From: Eledone cirrhosa | Lineage: Eukaryota | DNA: 64,000 bases | NCBI GenBank assembly: GCA_964016885.1 | Contig: OZ024743.1 | Coordinates: 307,706,001-307,770,000, forward strand | Reading direction: 5' to 3' | Shown: in pieces, positions 30,001 to 42,090 of the stretch | How positions within the stretch are numbered: the stretch's first letter is position 1 | How the letters are laid out: each line of letters opens with the position of its first letter | Notes under the pieces: model-generated | Database searches by the model: none | Told to the model about the DNA's origin: nothing | Seen by the model: the letters and a program-made list of their open reading frames with translations, nothing else | Program-made: the position numbers and the translations under genes

Positions 30001-33000
30001 AAGTTTGTGTCTGTAAAGGTTTGAAAGATAGGTGAGCATGCCTTGATGGATGTGTAAAGTTTGTGTCTGTAAAGGTTTGAAAGATAGGAGGTGAACATGC
30101 CCTGCTGGATGTGTAAAGTTTGTGTCTGTAAAGGTTTGAAAGATAGGTGAGCATGCCTTGCTTCATGTGTAAAGTTTGTCTGTAAAGGTTTGAAAGATAG
30201 GTGAGCATGCCTTGCTTCATGTGTAAAGTTTGTCTGTAAAGGTTTGAAAGATAGGTGAGCATGCCTTGATGGATGTATAAAGTTTGTGTCTGTAAAGTTT
30301 TGAAAGATAGGTGAGCATGCCTTGATGGATGTGTAAAGTTTGTGTCTGTAAAGGTTTGAAAGATAGGTGAGCATGCCTTGATGGATGTGTAAAGTTTGTG
30401 TCTGTAAAGGTTTGAAAGATAGGAGGTCAGCATGCCTTGCTGGATGTGTAAAGTTTGTGTCTGTAAAGGTTTGAAAGATAGGAGGTGAGCATGCCCTGCT
30501 GGATGTGTAAAGTTTGTGTCTGTAAAGGTTTGAAAGATAGGTGAGCATGCCTTGATGGATGTGTAAAGTTTGTGTCTGTAAAGGTTTGAAAGATAGGAGG
30601 TGAGCATGCCTTGCTGGATGTGTAAAGTTTGTGTCTGTAAAGGTTTGAAAGATAGGTGAGCAAGCCTTGATGGATGTGTAAAGTCTGTGTCTGTAAAGGT
30701 TTGAAAGATAGGAGGTGAGCATGCCTTGCTAGATGTGTAAAGTTTGTGTCTGTAAAGGTTTGAAAGATAGGAGGTGAGTATGCCCTGCTGGATGTGTAAA
30801 GTTTGTGTCTGTAAAGGTTTGAAAGATAGGAGGTGAGCTTGCCTTGCTAGATGTGTAAAGTTTGTGTCTGTAAAGGTTTGAAAGATAGGAGGTGAACATG
30901 CCTTGCTGGATGTGTAAACGTTGTGTCTCTAAAGGTTTGAAAGATAGGAGGTGAGCATGCCCTGCTGGATGTGTAAAGTGTGTGTCTGTAAAGGTTTGAA
31001 AGATAGGTGAGCATGCCTTGCTTCATGTGTAAAGTTTGTCTGTAAAGGTTTGAAAGATAGGTGAGCATGCCTTGATGGATGTGTAAAGTTTGTGTCTGTA
31101 AAGGTTTGAAAGATAGGTGAGCATGCCTTGATGGATGTGTAAAGTTTGTGTCTGTAAAGGTTTGAAAGATAGGTGAGTATGCCCTGCTGGATGTGTAAAG
31201 TTTGTGTCTGTAAAGGTTTGAAAGATAGGTGAGCATGCCTTGATGGATGTGTAAAGTTTGTGTCTGTAAAGGTTTGAAAGATAGGTGAGCATGCCTTGAT
31301 GGATGTGTAAAGTTTGTGTCTGTAAAGGTTTGAAAGATAGGTGAGCAAGCCTTGATGGATGTGTAAAGTTTGTGTCTGTAAAGGTTTGAAAGATAGGTGA
31401 GCATGCCTTGATGGATGTGTAAAGTTTGTGTCTGTAAAGGTTTGAAAGATAGGAGGTGAGCATGCCCTGCTGGATGTGTAAAGTTTGTGTCTGTAAAGGT
31501 TTGAAAGGTAGGTGAGCATGCCTTGATGGATGTGTAAAGTTTGTGTCTGTAAAGGTTTGAAAGATATGAGGTGAGCATGCCCTGCTGGATGTGTAAAGTT
31601 TGTGTCTGTAAAGGTTTGAAAGATAGGTGAGGATGCCTTGCTTCATGTGTAAAGTTTGTGTCTGTAAAGGTTTGAAAGATAGGAGGTGAGCATGCCCTGC
31701 TGGATGTGTAAAGTTTGTGTCTGTAAAGGTTTGAAAGATAGGAGGTGAGCATGCCTTGCTAGATGTGTAAAGTTTGTGTCTGTAAAGGTTTGAAAGATAG
31801 GAGGTGAACATGCCTTGCTGGATGTGTAAACTTTGTGTCTGTAAAGGTTTGAAAGATAGGAGGTGAGCATGCCATGCTGGATGTGTAAAGTTTGTGTCTG
31901 TAAAGGTTTGAAAGATAGGAGGTGAGCATGCCCTGCTGGATGTGTAAAGTTTGTGTCTGTAAATGTTTGAAAGATAGGTGAGCATGCCTTGCTTCATGTG
32001 TAAAGTTTGTGTCTGTAAAGGTTTGAAAGGTAGGAGGTGAGCATGCCCTGCTGGATGTGTAAAGTTTGTGTCTGTAAAGGTTTGAAAGATAGGTGAGCAT
32101 GCCTTGATGGATGTGTAAAGTTTGTGTCTGTAAAGGTTTGAAAGATAGGTGAGCATGCCTTGATGGATGTGTAAAGTTTGTGTCTGTAAAGGTTTGAAAG
32201 ATAGGAAATGAACATGCCTTGCTGGATGTGTAAACTTTGTGTCTGTAAAGGTTTGAAAGATAGGTGAACATGCCCTGCTGGATGTGTAAGGTTTGTGTCT
32301 GTAAAGGTTTGAAAGATAGGAGGTCAGCATGCCCTGCTGGATGTGTAAAGTGTGTGTCTGTAAAGGTTTGAAAGATAGGAGGTGAGCATGCCTTGCTGGA
32401 TGTGTAAAGTTTGTGTCTGAAAAGGTTTGAAAGATAGGTGAGCATGCCTTGTTGGATGTGTAAACGTTGTGTCTGTAAAGGTTTGAAAGATAGGAGGTGA
32501 GCATGCCTTGCTGTATGTGTAAAGTTTGTGTCTGTAAAGGTTTGAAAGATAGGTGAGCATGCCCTGCTGGATGTGTAAAGTGTGTGTCTGTAAAGGTTTG
32601 AAAGATAGGTCAGCATGCCCTGCTGGATGTGTAAAGTTTGTGTCTGTAAAGGTTTGAAAGATAGGTGAGCATGCCTTGATGGATGTGTAAAGTTTGTGTC
32701 TGTAAAGGTTTGAAAGATAGGTGAGCATGCCTTGATGGATGTGTAAAGTTTGTGTCTGTAAAGGTTTGAAAGATAGGAGGTCAGCATGCCTTGCTGGATG
32801 TGTAAAGTTTGTGTCTGTAAAGGTTTGAAAGATAGGTGAGCAAGCCTTGATGGATGTGTAAAGTTTGTGTCTGTAAAGGTTTGAAAGATAGGAGGTGAGC
32901 ATGCCCTGCTGGATGTGTAAAGTTTGTGTCTGTAAAGGTTTGAAAGATAGGAGGTGAGCATGTCCTGCTGGATGTGTAAAGTTTGTGTCTGTAAAGGTTT

Positions 33001-36000
33001 GAAAGATAGGAGGTGAGCATGCCTTGATGGTTGTGTAAAGTTTGTGTCTGTAAAGGTTTGAAAGATAGGAGGTGAACATGCCTTGCTGGATGTGTAAAGT
33101 TTGTGTCTGTAAAGTTTTGAAAGATAGGAGGTGAGCATGCCTTGATGGATGTGTAAAGTTTGTGTCTGTAAAGGTTTGAAAGATAGGAGGCGAGTATGCC
33201 TTGCTGGATGTGTAAAGTTTGTGTCTGTAAAGGTTTGAAAGATAGGAGGTGAGCATGCCTTGCTGGATGTGTAAAGTTTGTGTCTGTAAAGGTTTGAAAG
33301 ATAGGAGGTGAGCATGCCTTGATGGATGTGTAAAGTTTGTGTCTGTAAAGGTTTGAAAGATAGGAGGTGAGCATGCCTTGCTGGATGTGTAAAGTTTGTG
33401 TCTGTAAAGGTTTGAAAGATAGGAGGTGAGCATGCCTTGATGGATGTGTAAAGTTTGTGTCTGTAAAGGTTTGAAAGATAGGAGGTGAGCATGCCTTGCT
33501 GGATGTGTAAAGTTTGTGTCTGTAAAGGTTTGAAAGATAGGAGGTGAGCATGCCTTGCTGGATGCGTAAAGTTTGTGTCTGTAAAGGTTTGAAAGATAGG
33601 AGGTGAGCATGCCTTGCTGGATGTGTAAAGTTTGTGTCTGTAAAGGTTTGAAAGATATGAGGTGAGCATGCCCTGCTGGATGTGTAAAGTTTGTGTCTGT
33701 AAAGGTTTGAAAGATAGGTGAGCATGCCTTGCTGGATGTGTAAAGTTTGTGTCTGTAAAGGTTTGAAAGATAGGAGGTGAGCATGCCCTGCTGGATGTGT
33801 AAAGTTTGTGTCTGTAAAGGTTTGAAAGATAGGAGGTGAGCATGCCTTGCTGGATGTGTAAAGTTTGTGTCTGTAACGGTTTGAAAGATAGGTGAGCATG
33901 CCCTGCTGGATGTGTAAAGTTTGTGTCTGTAAAGGTTTGAAAGATAGGTGAGCATGCTCTGCTGGATGTGTAAAGTTTGTGTCTGTAAAGGTTTTAAAGA
34001 TAGGTGAGCATACCTTGCTGGATGTGTAAAGTTTGTGTCTGTAAAGGTTTGAAAGATAGGAGGTGAGCATGCCTTGCTGGATGTGTAAAGTTTGTGTCTG
34101 TAAAGGTTTGAAAGATAGGTGAGCATGCCTTGCTGGATGTGTAAAGTTTGTGTCTGTAAAGGTTTGAAAGATAGGAGGTGAGCATGCCCTGCTGGATGTG
34201 TAAAGTTTGTGTCTGTAAATGTTTGAAAGATAGGTGAGCATGCCTTGCTGGATGTGTAAAGTTTGTGTCTGTAAAGGTTTGAAAGATAGGAGGTGAGCAT
34301 GCCCTGCTGGATGTGTAAAGTTTGTGTCTGTAAAGGTTTGAAAGATAGGAGGTGAGCATGCCCTGCTGGATGTGTAAAGTTTGTGTCTGTAAAGGTTTGA
34401 AAGATAGGAGGTGAGCATGTCCTGCTGGATGTGTAAAGTTTGTGTCTGTAAAGGTTTGAAAGATAGGAGGTGAGCATGTCCTGCTGGATGTGTAAAGTTT
34501 GTGTCGGTAAAGGTTTGAAAGATAGGTGAGCATGCCTTGCTGGATGTGTAAAGTTTGTGTCTGTAAAGGTTTGAAAGATAGGAGGTGAGCATGCCTTGCT
34601 GGATGTGTAAAGTTTGTGTCTGTCAAGGTTTGAAAGATAGGAGGTGAGCATGCCTTGATGGATGTGTAATGTTTGTGTCTGTAAAGGTTTGAAAGATAGG
34701 AGGTGAGCATGCCTTGCTGGATGTGTAAAGTTTGTGTCTGTCAAGGTTTGAAAGATAGGAGGTGAGCATGCCTTGATGGATGTGTAATGTTTGTGTCTGT
34801 AAAGGTTTGAAAGATAGGAGGTGAGCATGCCTTGCTGGATGTGTAAAGTTTGTGTCTGTCAAGGTTTGAAAGATAGGAGGTGAGCATGCCTTGATGGATG
34901 TGTAATGTTTGTGTCTGTAAAGGTTTGAAAGATAGGAGGTGAGCATGCCTTGCTGGATGTGTAAAGTTTGTGTCTGTAAAGGTTTGAAAGATAGGAGGTG
35001 AGCATGCCGTGCTGGATGTGTAAAGTTTGTGTCTGTAAAGGTTTGAAAGATAGGATGTGAGCATGCCTTGCTGGATGTCTAAAGTTTGTGTCTGTAAAGA
35101 TTTGAAAGATAGGTGGTGAGCATGCCTTGCTGGATGTGTAAAGTTTGTGTCTGTAAAGGTTTGAAAGATATGAGGTGAGCATGCCCTGCTGGATGTGTAA
35201 AGTTTGTGTCTGTAAAGGTTTGAAAGATAGGAGGTGAGCATGCCCTGCTGGATGTGTAAAGTTTGTGTCTGTAAATGTTTGAAAGATAGGTGAGCATGCC
35301 TTGCTTCATGTGTAAAGTTTGTGTCTGTAAAGGTTTGAAAGGTAGGAGGTGAGCATGCCCTGCTGGATGTGTAAAGTTTGTGTCTGTAAAGGTTTGAAAG
35401 ATAGGAGGTGAGCATGCCTTGCTAGATGTGTAAAGTTTGTGTCTGTAAAGGTTTGAAAGATAGGAGGTGAGCATGCCTTGCTGGATGTGTAAAGTTTGTG
35501 TCTGTAAAGGTTTGAAAGATAGGAGGTGAGCATGCCTTGCTGGATGTGTAAAGTTTGTGTCTGTAAAGGTTTGAAAGATAGGAGGTGAGCATGCCCTGCT
35601 GGATGTGTAAAGTTTGTGTCTGTAAAGGTTTGAAAGATAGGAGGTGAGCATGCCCTGCTGGATGTGTAAAGTGTGTGTCTGTAAAGGTTTGAAAGATAGG
35701 TGAGCATGCCTTGCTTCATGTGTAAAGTTTGTCTGTAAAGGTTTGAAAGATAGGTGAGCATGCCTTGATGGATGTGTAATGTTTGTGTCTGTAAAGGTTT
35801 GAATGATAGGTGAGCATGCCTTGATGGATATGTAAAGTTTGTGTCTGTAAAGGTTTGAAAGATAGGAGGTGAGTATGCCCTGCTGGATGTGTAAAGTTTG
35901 TGTCTGTAAAGGTTTGAAAGATAGGTGAGCATGCCTTGATGGATGTGTAAAGTTTGTGTCTGTAAAGGTTTGAAAGATAGGTGAGCATGCCTTGATGGAT

Positions 36001-39000
36001 GTGTAAAGTTTGTGTCTGTAAAGGTTTGAAAGATAGGAGGTCAGCATGCCTTGCTGGATGTGTAAAGTTTGTGTCTGTAAAGGTTTGAAAGATAGGTGAG
36101 CATGCCTTGATGGATGTGTAAAGTTTGTGTCTGTAAAGGTTTGAAAGATAGGTGAGCATGCCTTGATGGATGTGTAAAGTTTGTGTCTGTAAAGGTTTGA
36201 AAGATAGGAGGTGAGCATGCCCTGCTGGATGTGTAAAGTTTGTGTCTGTAAAGGATTGAAAGATAGGTGAGCATGCCTTGATGGATGTGTAAAGTTTGTG
36301 TCTGTAAAGGTTTGAAAGATAGGTGAGCATGCCTTGATGGATGTGTAAAGTTTGTGTCTGTAAAGGTTTGAAAGATAGGAGGTGAGCATGCCTTGCTGGA
36401 TGTGTAAAGTTTGTGTCTGTAAAGGTTTGAAAGATAGGAGGTGAGCATGCCTTGATGGATGTGTAAAGTTTGTGTCTGTAAAGGTTTGAAAGATAGGAGG
36501 TGAGCATGCCTTGCTGGATGTGTGAAGTTTGTGTCTGTAAAGGTTTGAAAGATAGGAGGTGAGCATGCCTTGCTGGATGTGTAAAGTTTGTGTCTGTAAA
36601 GGTTTGAAAGATAGGAGGTGAGCATGCCTTGCTGGATGTGTAAAGTTTGTGTCTGTAAAGGTTTGAAAGATATGAGGTGAGCATGCCCTGCTGGATGTGT
36701 AAAGTTTGTGTCTGTAAAGGTTTGAAAGATAGGTGAGCATGCCTTGCTGGATGTGTAAAGTTTGTGTCTGTAAAGGTTTGAAAGATAGGAGGTGAGCATG
36801 CCCTGCTGGATGTGTAAAGTTTGTGTCTGTAAAGGTTTGAAAGATAGGAGGTGAGCATGCCTTGCTGGATGTGTAAAGTTTGTGTCTGTAAAGGTTTGAA
36901 AGATAGGTGAGCATGCCTTGTTGGATGTGTAAAGTTTGTGTCTGTAAAGGTTTGAAAGATAGGAGGTGAGCATGCCTTGCTGGATGTGTAAAGTTTGTGT
37001 CTGTAAAGGTTTGAAAGATAGGTGAGCATGCCTTGCTGGATGTGTAAAGTTTGTGTCTGTAAAGGTTTGAAAGATAGGAGGTGAGCATGCCCTGCTGGAT
37101 GTGTAAAGTTTGTGTCTGTAAAGGTTTGAAAGATAGGTGAGCATGCCTTGATGGATGTGTAAAGTTTGTGTCTGTAAAGGTTTGAAAGATAGGTGAGCAT
37201 GCCTTGATGGATGTGTAAAGTTTGTGTCTGTAAAGGTTTGAAAGATAGGAGGTGAGCATGCCTTGCTGGATGTGTAAAGTTTGTGTCTGTAAAGGTTTGA
37301 AAGATAGGAGGTGAGCATCCCTTGATGGATGTGTAAAGTTTGTGTCTGTAAAGGTTTGAAAGGTAGGAGGTGAGCATGCCTTGCTGGATGTGTGAAGTTT
37401 GTGTCTGTAAAGGTTTGAAAGATAGGAGGTGAGCATGCCTTGCTGGATGTGTAAAGTTTGTGTCTGTAAAGGTTTGAAAGATATGAGGTGAGCATGCCTT
37501 GCTGGATGTGTAAAGTTTGTGTCTGTAAAGGTTTGAAAGATATGAGGTGAGCATGCCCTGCTGGATGTGTAAAGTTTGTGTCTGTAAAGGTTTGAAAGAT
37601 AGGTGAGCATGCCTTGCTGGATGTGTAAAGTTTGTGTCTGTAAAGGTTTGAAAGATAGGAGGTGAGCATGCCCTGCTGGATGTGTAAAGTTTGTGTCTGT
37701 AAAGGTTTGAAAGATAGGAGGTGAGCATGCCTTGCTGGATGTGTAAAGTTTGTGTCTGTAAAGGTTTGAAAGATATGAGGTGAGCATGCCATGCTGGATG
37801 TGTAAAATTTGTGTCTGTAAAGGTTTGAAAGATAGGTGAGCATGCCTTGCTGGATGTGTAAAGTTTGTGTCTGTAAAGGTTTGAAAGATAGGAGGTGAGC
37901 ATGCCCTGCTGGATGTGTAAAGTTTGTGTCTGTAAAGGTTTGAAAGATAGGAGGTGAGCATGCCTTGCTGGATGTGTAAAGTTTGTGTCTGTAACGGTTT
38001 GAAAGATAGGTGAGCATGCCCTGCTGGATGTGTAAAGTTTGTGTCTGTAAAGGTTTGAAAGATAGGTGAGCATGCTCTGCTGGATGTGTAAAGTTTGTGA
38101 CTGTAAAGGTTTGAAAGATAGGTGAGCATACCTTGCTGGATGTGTAAAGTTTGTGTCTGTAAAGGTTTGAAAGATAGGAGGTGAGCATGCCTTGCTGGAT
38201 GTGTAAAGTTTGTGTCTGTAAAGGTTTGAAAGATAGGTGAGCATGCCTTGCTGGATGTGTAAAGTTTGTGTCTGTAAAGGTTTGAAAGATAGGAGGTGAG
38301 CATGCCCTGCTGGATGTGTAAAGTTTGTGTCTGTAAAGGTTTGAAAGATAGGTGAGCATGCCTTGCTGGATGTGTAAAGTTTGTGTCTGTAAAGGTTTGA
38401 AAGATGGGAGGTGAGCATGCCCTGCTGGATGTGTAAAGTTTGTGTCTGTAAAGGTTTGAAAGATAGGAGGTGAGCATGCCTTGCTGGATGTGTAATGTTT
38501 GTGTCTGTAAAGGTTTGAAAGATAGGAGGTGAGCATGCCTTGCTGGATGTGTAAAGTTTGTGTCTGTAAAGGTTTGAAAGATAGGATGTGAGCATGCCTT
38601 GCTGGATGTGTAAAGTTTGTGTCTGTAAAGGTTTGAAAGATAGGTGGTGACCATGCCTTGCTGGATGTGTAAAGTTTGTGTCTGTAAAGGTTTGAAAGGT
38701 AGGAGGTGAGCATGCCTTGCTGGATGTGTAAAGTTTGTGTCTGTAAAGGTTTGAAAGATATGAGGTGAGCATTCCCTGCTGGATGTGTAAAGTTTGTGTC
38801 TGTGAAGGTTTGAAAGATATGAGGTGAGCATGCCCTGCTGGATGTGTAAAGTTTGTGTCTGTAAAGGTTTGAAAGATAGGTGAGCATGCCTTGCTTCATG
38901 TGTAAAGTTTGTGTCTGTAAAGGTTTGAAAGATAGGAGGTGAGCATGCCCTGCTGGATGTGTAAAGTTTGTGTCTGTAAAGGTTTGAAAGATAGGAGGTG

Positions 39001-40787
39001 AGCATGCCTTGCTAGATGTGTAAAGTTTGTGTCTGTAAAGGTTTGAAAGATAGGAGGTGAGCATGCCTTGCTGGATGTGTAAAGTTTGTGTCTGTAAAGG
39101 TTTGAAAGATAGGAGGTGAGCATGCCCTGCTGGATGTGTAAAGTTTGTGTCTGTAAAGGTTTGAAAGATAGGAGGTGAGCATGCCCTGCTGGATGTATAA
39201 AGTTTGTGTCTGTAAATGTTTGAAAGATAGGTGAGCATGCCTTGCTTCATGTGTAAAGTTTGTGTCTGTAAAGGTTTGAAAGATAGGAGGTGAGCATGCC
39301 TTGCTGGATGTGTAAAGTTTGTGTCTGTAAAGGTTTGAAAGACAGGAGGTGAGCATGCCTTGCTGGATGTGTAAAGTTTGTGTCTGTAAAGGTTTGAAAG
39401 ATAGGAGGTGAGCATGCCCTGCTGGATGTGTAAAGTTTGTGTCTGTAAAGGTTTGAAAGACAGGAGGTGAGCATGCCTTGCTGGATGTGTAAAGTTTGTG
39501 TCTGTAAAGGTTTGAAAGACAGGAGGTGAGCATGCCTTGCTGGACGTGTAAAGTTTGTGTCTGTAAAGGTTTGAAAGATAGGAGGTGAGCATGCTCTGCT
39601 GGATGTGTAAAGTGTGTGTCTGTAAAGGTTTGAAAGATAGGAGGTGAGCATGTCCTGTTGGATGTGTAAAGTTTGTGTCTGTAAATGTTTGAAAGATAGG
39701 AGGTGAGCATGTCCTGCTGGATGTGTAAAGTTTGTGTCGGTAAAGGTTTGAAAGATAGGTGAGCATGCCTTGCTGGATGTGTAAAGTTTGTGTCTGTAAA
39801 GGTTTGAAAGATAGGAGGTGAGCATGCCCTGCTGGATGTGTAAAGTTTGTGTCGGTAAAGGTTTGAAAGATAGGTGAGCATGCCTTCCTGGATGTGTAAA
39901 GTTTGTGTCTGTAAAGGTTTGAAAGATAGGAGGTGAGCATGCCCTGCTGGATGTGTAAAGTTTGTGTCTGTAAAGGTTTGAAAGATAGGAGGTGAGCATG
40001 TCCTGCTGGATGTGTAAAGTTTGTGTCGGTAAAGGTTTGAAAGATAGGTGAGCATGCCTTGCTGGATGTGTAAAGTTTGTGTCTGTAAAGGTTTGAAAGA
40101 TAGGAGGTGAGCATGCCCTGCTGGATGTGTAAAGTTTGTGTCTGTAAAGGTTTGAAAGATAGGAGGTGAGCATGTCCTGCTGGATGTGTAAAGTTTGTGT
40201 CTGTAAAGGTTTGAAAGATAGGAGGTGAGCATGTCCTGCTGGATGTGTAAAGTTTGTGTCGGTAAAGGTTTGAAAGATAGGAGGTGAGCATGCCCTGCTG
40301 GATGTGTAAAGTTTGTGTCTGTAAAGGTTTGAAAGATAGGAGGTGAGCATGCCCTGCTGGATGTGTAAAGTTTGTGTCTGTAAAGGTTTGAAAGATAGGA
40401 GGTGAGCATGCCCTGCTGGATGTGTAAAGTTTGTGTCTGTAAAGGTTTGAAAGATAGGAGGTGAGCATGTCCTGCTGGATGTGTAAAGTTTGTGTCTGTA
40501 AAGGTTTGAAAGATAGGAGGTGAGCATGCCCTGCTGGATGTGTAAAGTTTGTGTCTGTAAAGGTTTGAAAGATAGGAGGTGAGCATGTCCTGCTGGATGT
40601 GTAAAGTTTGTGTCGGTAAAGGTTTGAAAGATAGGTGAGCATGCCTTGCTGGATGTGTAAAGTTTGTGTCTGTAAAGGTTTGAAAGATAGGAGGTGAGCA
40701 TGCCTTGCTGGATGTGTAAAGTTTGTGTCTGTAAAGGTTTGAAAGATAGGAGGTGAGCATGCCCTGCTGGATGTGTAAAGTTTGTGT
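1..40787. repeat. Giant tandem satellite/minisatellite array, 59-bp unit (56-bp variant), about 700 copies, open at the left edge
   Basis: Consensus ctgtaaaggtttgaaagatag(gag)gtgagcatgcc(t/c)tg(c/a)tggatgtgtaaagtttgtgt repeats head-to-tail without interruption. Last unit is 40729-40787. Length variants: 59, 56 (3-nt indel), 54/57 (tg deletion), and rare units lacking 15 nt (near 12480, 14848). Most units carry an SphI site (GCATGC). Confidence 0.99.
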
Positions 40788-41110
40788 GCTTAAACAACAC
40801 AGTGCAAATAAGTTGATAAAAAACTGAGTTTAAGGAATCCAATGTGTTTGAAAGGGAATACTGTTCTGGTATAGACATGTGTTGTGTATGGATGATGATA
40901 GTTGGATAAAGAAATGACAAGATATCTTAGTGGTCAGAATCTGCAGAAAAAGTAACCAAAGGAAGACATGGGCAGAAGTGATGAAAGCTGATCTTAAGAT
41001 GTTAGACTTTACAAAAGAGATGATGTAATTACCATACCAAATGGTGATATTCTGTGTCTGAGATGACCTGTCTAACTCATGTAATCATAGAAAAATGATG
41101 TTAAAGATGA
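40729..41110 (+). mobile_element. Degenerate RTE-clade LINE 3' fragment, contiguous with the last satellite unit
   Basis: Decayed translation ...FWYRHVLCMDDDSWIKK...QRKTWAEVMKADLKML... is collinear with the RTE copy at 46830-47360 (MDDDHW...RKTWTKVVKADLKLL). Confidence 0.8.
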
Positions 41111-41225
41111 GACAGTGATCTGCTTCCAGATGTAGAATTCAGATTTATTTTTATATTTACCTCTTTAGTAAACATATAGGTGTGTGGCCTAGGTGAAAGT
41201 GTATGGCTTAGGGTAGTAACAATAC

Positions 41226-41530
41226 ATCATCATCAGTGTTTAACATCCACTTTCCCTGCTAGCAATAATTAGTACTGAAGTGGAGCTACTGACCTCTCAA
41301 ACAGGCCAGGGAGGTCTGCATCTCGCTTATGTACTGTCATATGATCTATCAAGTGCACAGGAGAAGTTGTCATGTCTCTTGACACAAACTGAAGGGTCCC
41401 CCCCACCCTTTGTTTGGTAAGCTTTCTATGGTTGGACGCCCTTCCTATCACCAATCACTTTACAGCATGAACTGGGTGTTTATCATGTAGATCACCAACA
41501 CTAGGGAGGCTGTCATGTCCTTGACACTGA
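41226..41530 (-). mobile_element. Non-autonomous SINE-like repeat with RTE-type 3' tail
   Basis: Begins with (cat)n...ttaacatccactttccctgctagc, the reverse complement of an RTE-like 3' end. Body (agtactgaag...gaagttgtcatg...gaagggtcc) recurs at 42225-42500 and inverted at about 54915-55110. Confidence 0.6.
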
Positions 41531-41710
41531 GAGCCCACATATGTGTTGGTATCCTGTAAGTCTGGCTTTATAAACATTATGATAATTCGTAAATGAAGTT
41601 ATTATGTTTGATATTCAGACAAAATGCATTGTCAAGGCATGTGGCCTAGTAGTTAGTGTGTCAAACTCATGAACATAAGGTCATCTGTTTGAATCCTTGA
41701 GAAAGTTGAG

Positions 41711-41893
41711 GGGCAGTGGATTGGCAGTATCAGTAGAGGGTCGGACGCCATGCTTTGCAGCATAGTTACGGCCCGAGTTCAAATCCCACAGAGGTTAACT
41801 TTGCCTTTCATCCTTACGGGGGTCGATAAAATAAAGTACCAGTAATGCACTAGGATAATTGCTGGCCTTGTGCCAAAAGTAGAAACAATTATT
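41711..41893 (+). mobile_element. tRNA-derived SINE
   Basis: A/B-box-like head (tggcagtatcagtaga...gagttcaaatccc) and core ggttaactttgcctttcatcc...gggtcgataaaataaagtaccag. Closely similar copies at 54033-54222 (+) and 58508-58698 (-). Confidence 0.75.
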
Positions 41894-42090
41894 GAGCAAG
41901 AAACTTCCAATTGTGTTACTTTTCATAATAAGACTCAGGCCCCTATCATTAAAACACCCAAGGAACCTCCTATGATATACAACCTTGTAGGAGGTTAGCT
42001 AAATCTGTATAGGTGTGAGCTATAAATTATATTTCATTTTCTCATCAATTTGTATGGACATCTATTAATTGTGAATGTTTTTTTTTTCAG

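Noticed and set aside
1-40787. CRISPR-like regular array
   Set aside because: There are no unique spacers, only contiguous near-identical units. No cas genes are present and the context is eukaryotic.
1-40787. Centromeric or telomeric satellite
   Set aside because: It has no telomere motif, is LINE-derived, and sits next to internal exons. Centromere function cannot be judged without CENP-A data.
570-40920. Dozens of long minus-strand ORFs (up to 2389 aa) of MLTSYLSNLYRHKLYTSSKACSPPIFQTFTDTNFTHPARHAHL repeats
   Set aside because: The minus strand of the consensus unit has no stop codon in any frame. All three frames overlap and are broken at random by point variants, and the ancestral coding sense is the + strand LINE frame. 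There is no evidence of a real protein.
41636-41800. tRNA genes suggested by A/B-box motifs
   Set aside because: No complete cloverleaf is present. The motifs are heads of multi-copy SINEs.
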